From NCBI GenBank assembly GCA_964234715.1, contig OZ174291.1: 64,000 nt of DNA; one strand, written 5' to 3'. Positions 63,596 through 64,000 of the stretch are shown here, in pieces. The notes under the pieces are model-generated. The model was given only the letters and a program-made list of their open reading frames with translations. It did no database searches and had not been told where the DNA came from. Each line of letters starts with the position of its first letter. Within the stretch, counting starts at the first letter, position 1. Source of the stretch: Podarcis melisellensis. Lineage: Eukaryota. The position numbers and the translations under genes were made by a program.

Positions 63596-64000
63596 CTGGA
63601 GAAAGAAGAGGAGGAGGAGTCTGGATTTGATATCCTGCTTTATTACTACCCAAAGGAGTCTCAAAGCGGCTAACATTCTCCTTTCCCTTCCTCCCCCACA
63701 ACAAACACTCTGTGAGGTGAGTGGGGCTGAGAGACTTCAGAGAAGTGTGACTGGCCCAAGGTCACCCAGCATCTGCATGTGGAGGAGCGGAGACGCGAAC
63801 CCGGTTCACCAGATTACGAGTCCACCGCTCTTAACCACTACACCACACTGGTGCAGAGGAGGAGGTAGAAGGATGGAGAGAGAGCGTGCATCAGGACCTG
63901 CCAGAGGGCTGTAAACAGGGTTTCTCCAACTTGAGTCTCCAGCTGTTTTTGGACTACAGTTCCCAGCATCCCATACCACTTGGCCTGCTAGCTATGGATG

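Overview
This is vertebrate (squamate, probably lacertid lizard) genomic DNA; the taxon is inferred from the many Sauria SINE and tRNA-Ile-derived SINE copies. It is the counterpart of the human 11q13 EHD1-MIR192/MIR194-2-ATG2A interval. From left to right it contains: (1) intron 1 and the first coding exon/CpG island of EHD1 (minus strand, 11044-11447); (2) a miR-194-2/miR-192 cluster (minus strand, 24056-24139 and 22426-22510), with a candidate HNF1/FOXA/HNF4 promoter near 29.7 kb; (3) two tandem, two-exon, plus-strand genes that I cannot name (33655-36459 and 38378-41693), which encode related single-pass membrane proteins, the second carrying about 17 SQ-rich 12-aa repeats; (4) a complete 7-coding-exon inositol-trisphosphate 3-kinase gene (46454-58726) at a position where human has none, probably a fourth 2R ohnolog; (5) the last exon and 3' UTR of ATG2A (minus strand). 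The rest is repeat-rich: Sauria SINEs, L1/CR1/L2 fragments, Tc1/pogo-type and hAT MITEs, microsatellites, and a ~250-bp palindromic insertion with a 15-bp target-site duplication. All calls were made by eye; comparisons with human genes are from memory, not from a search.
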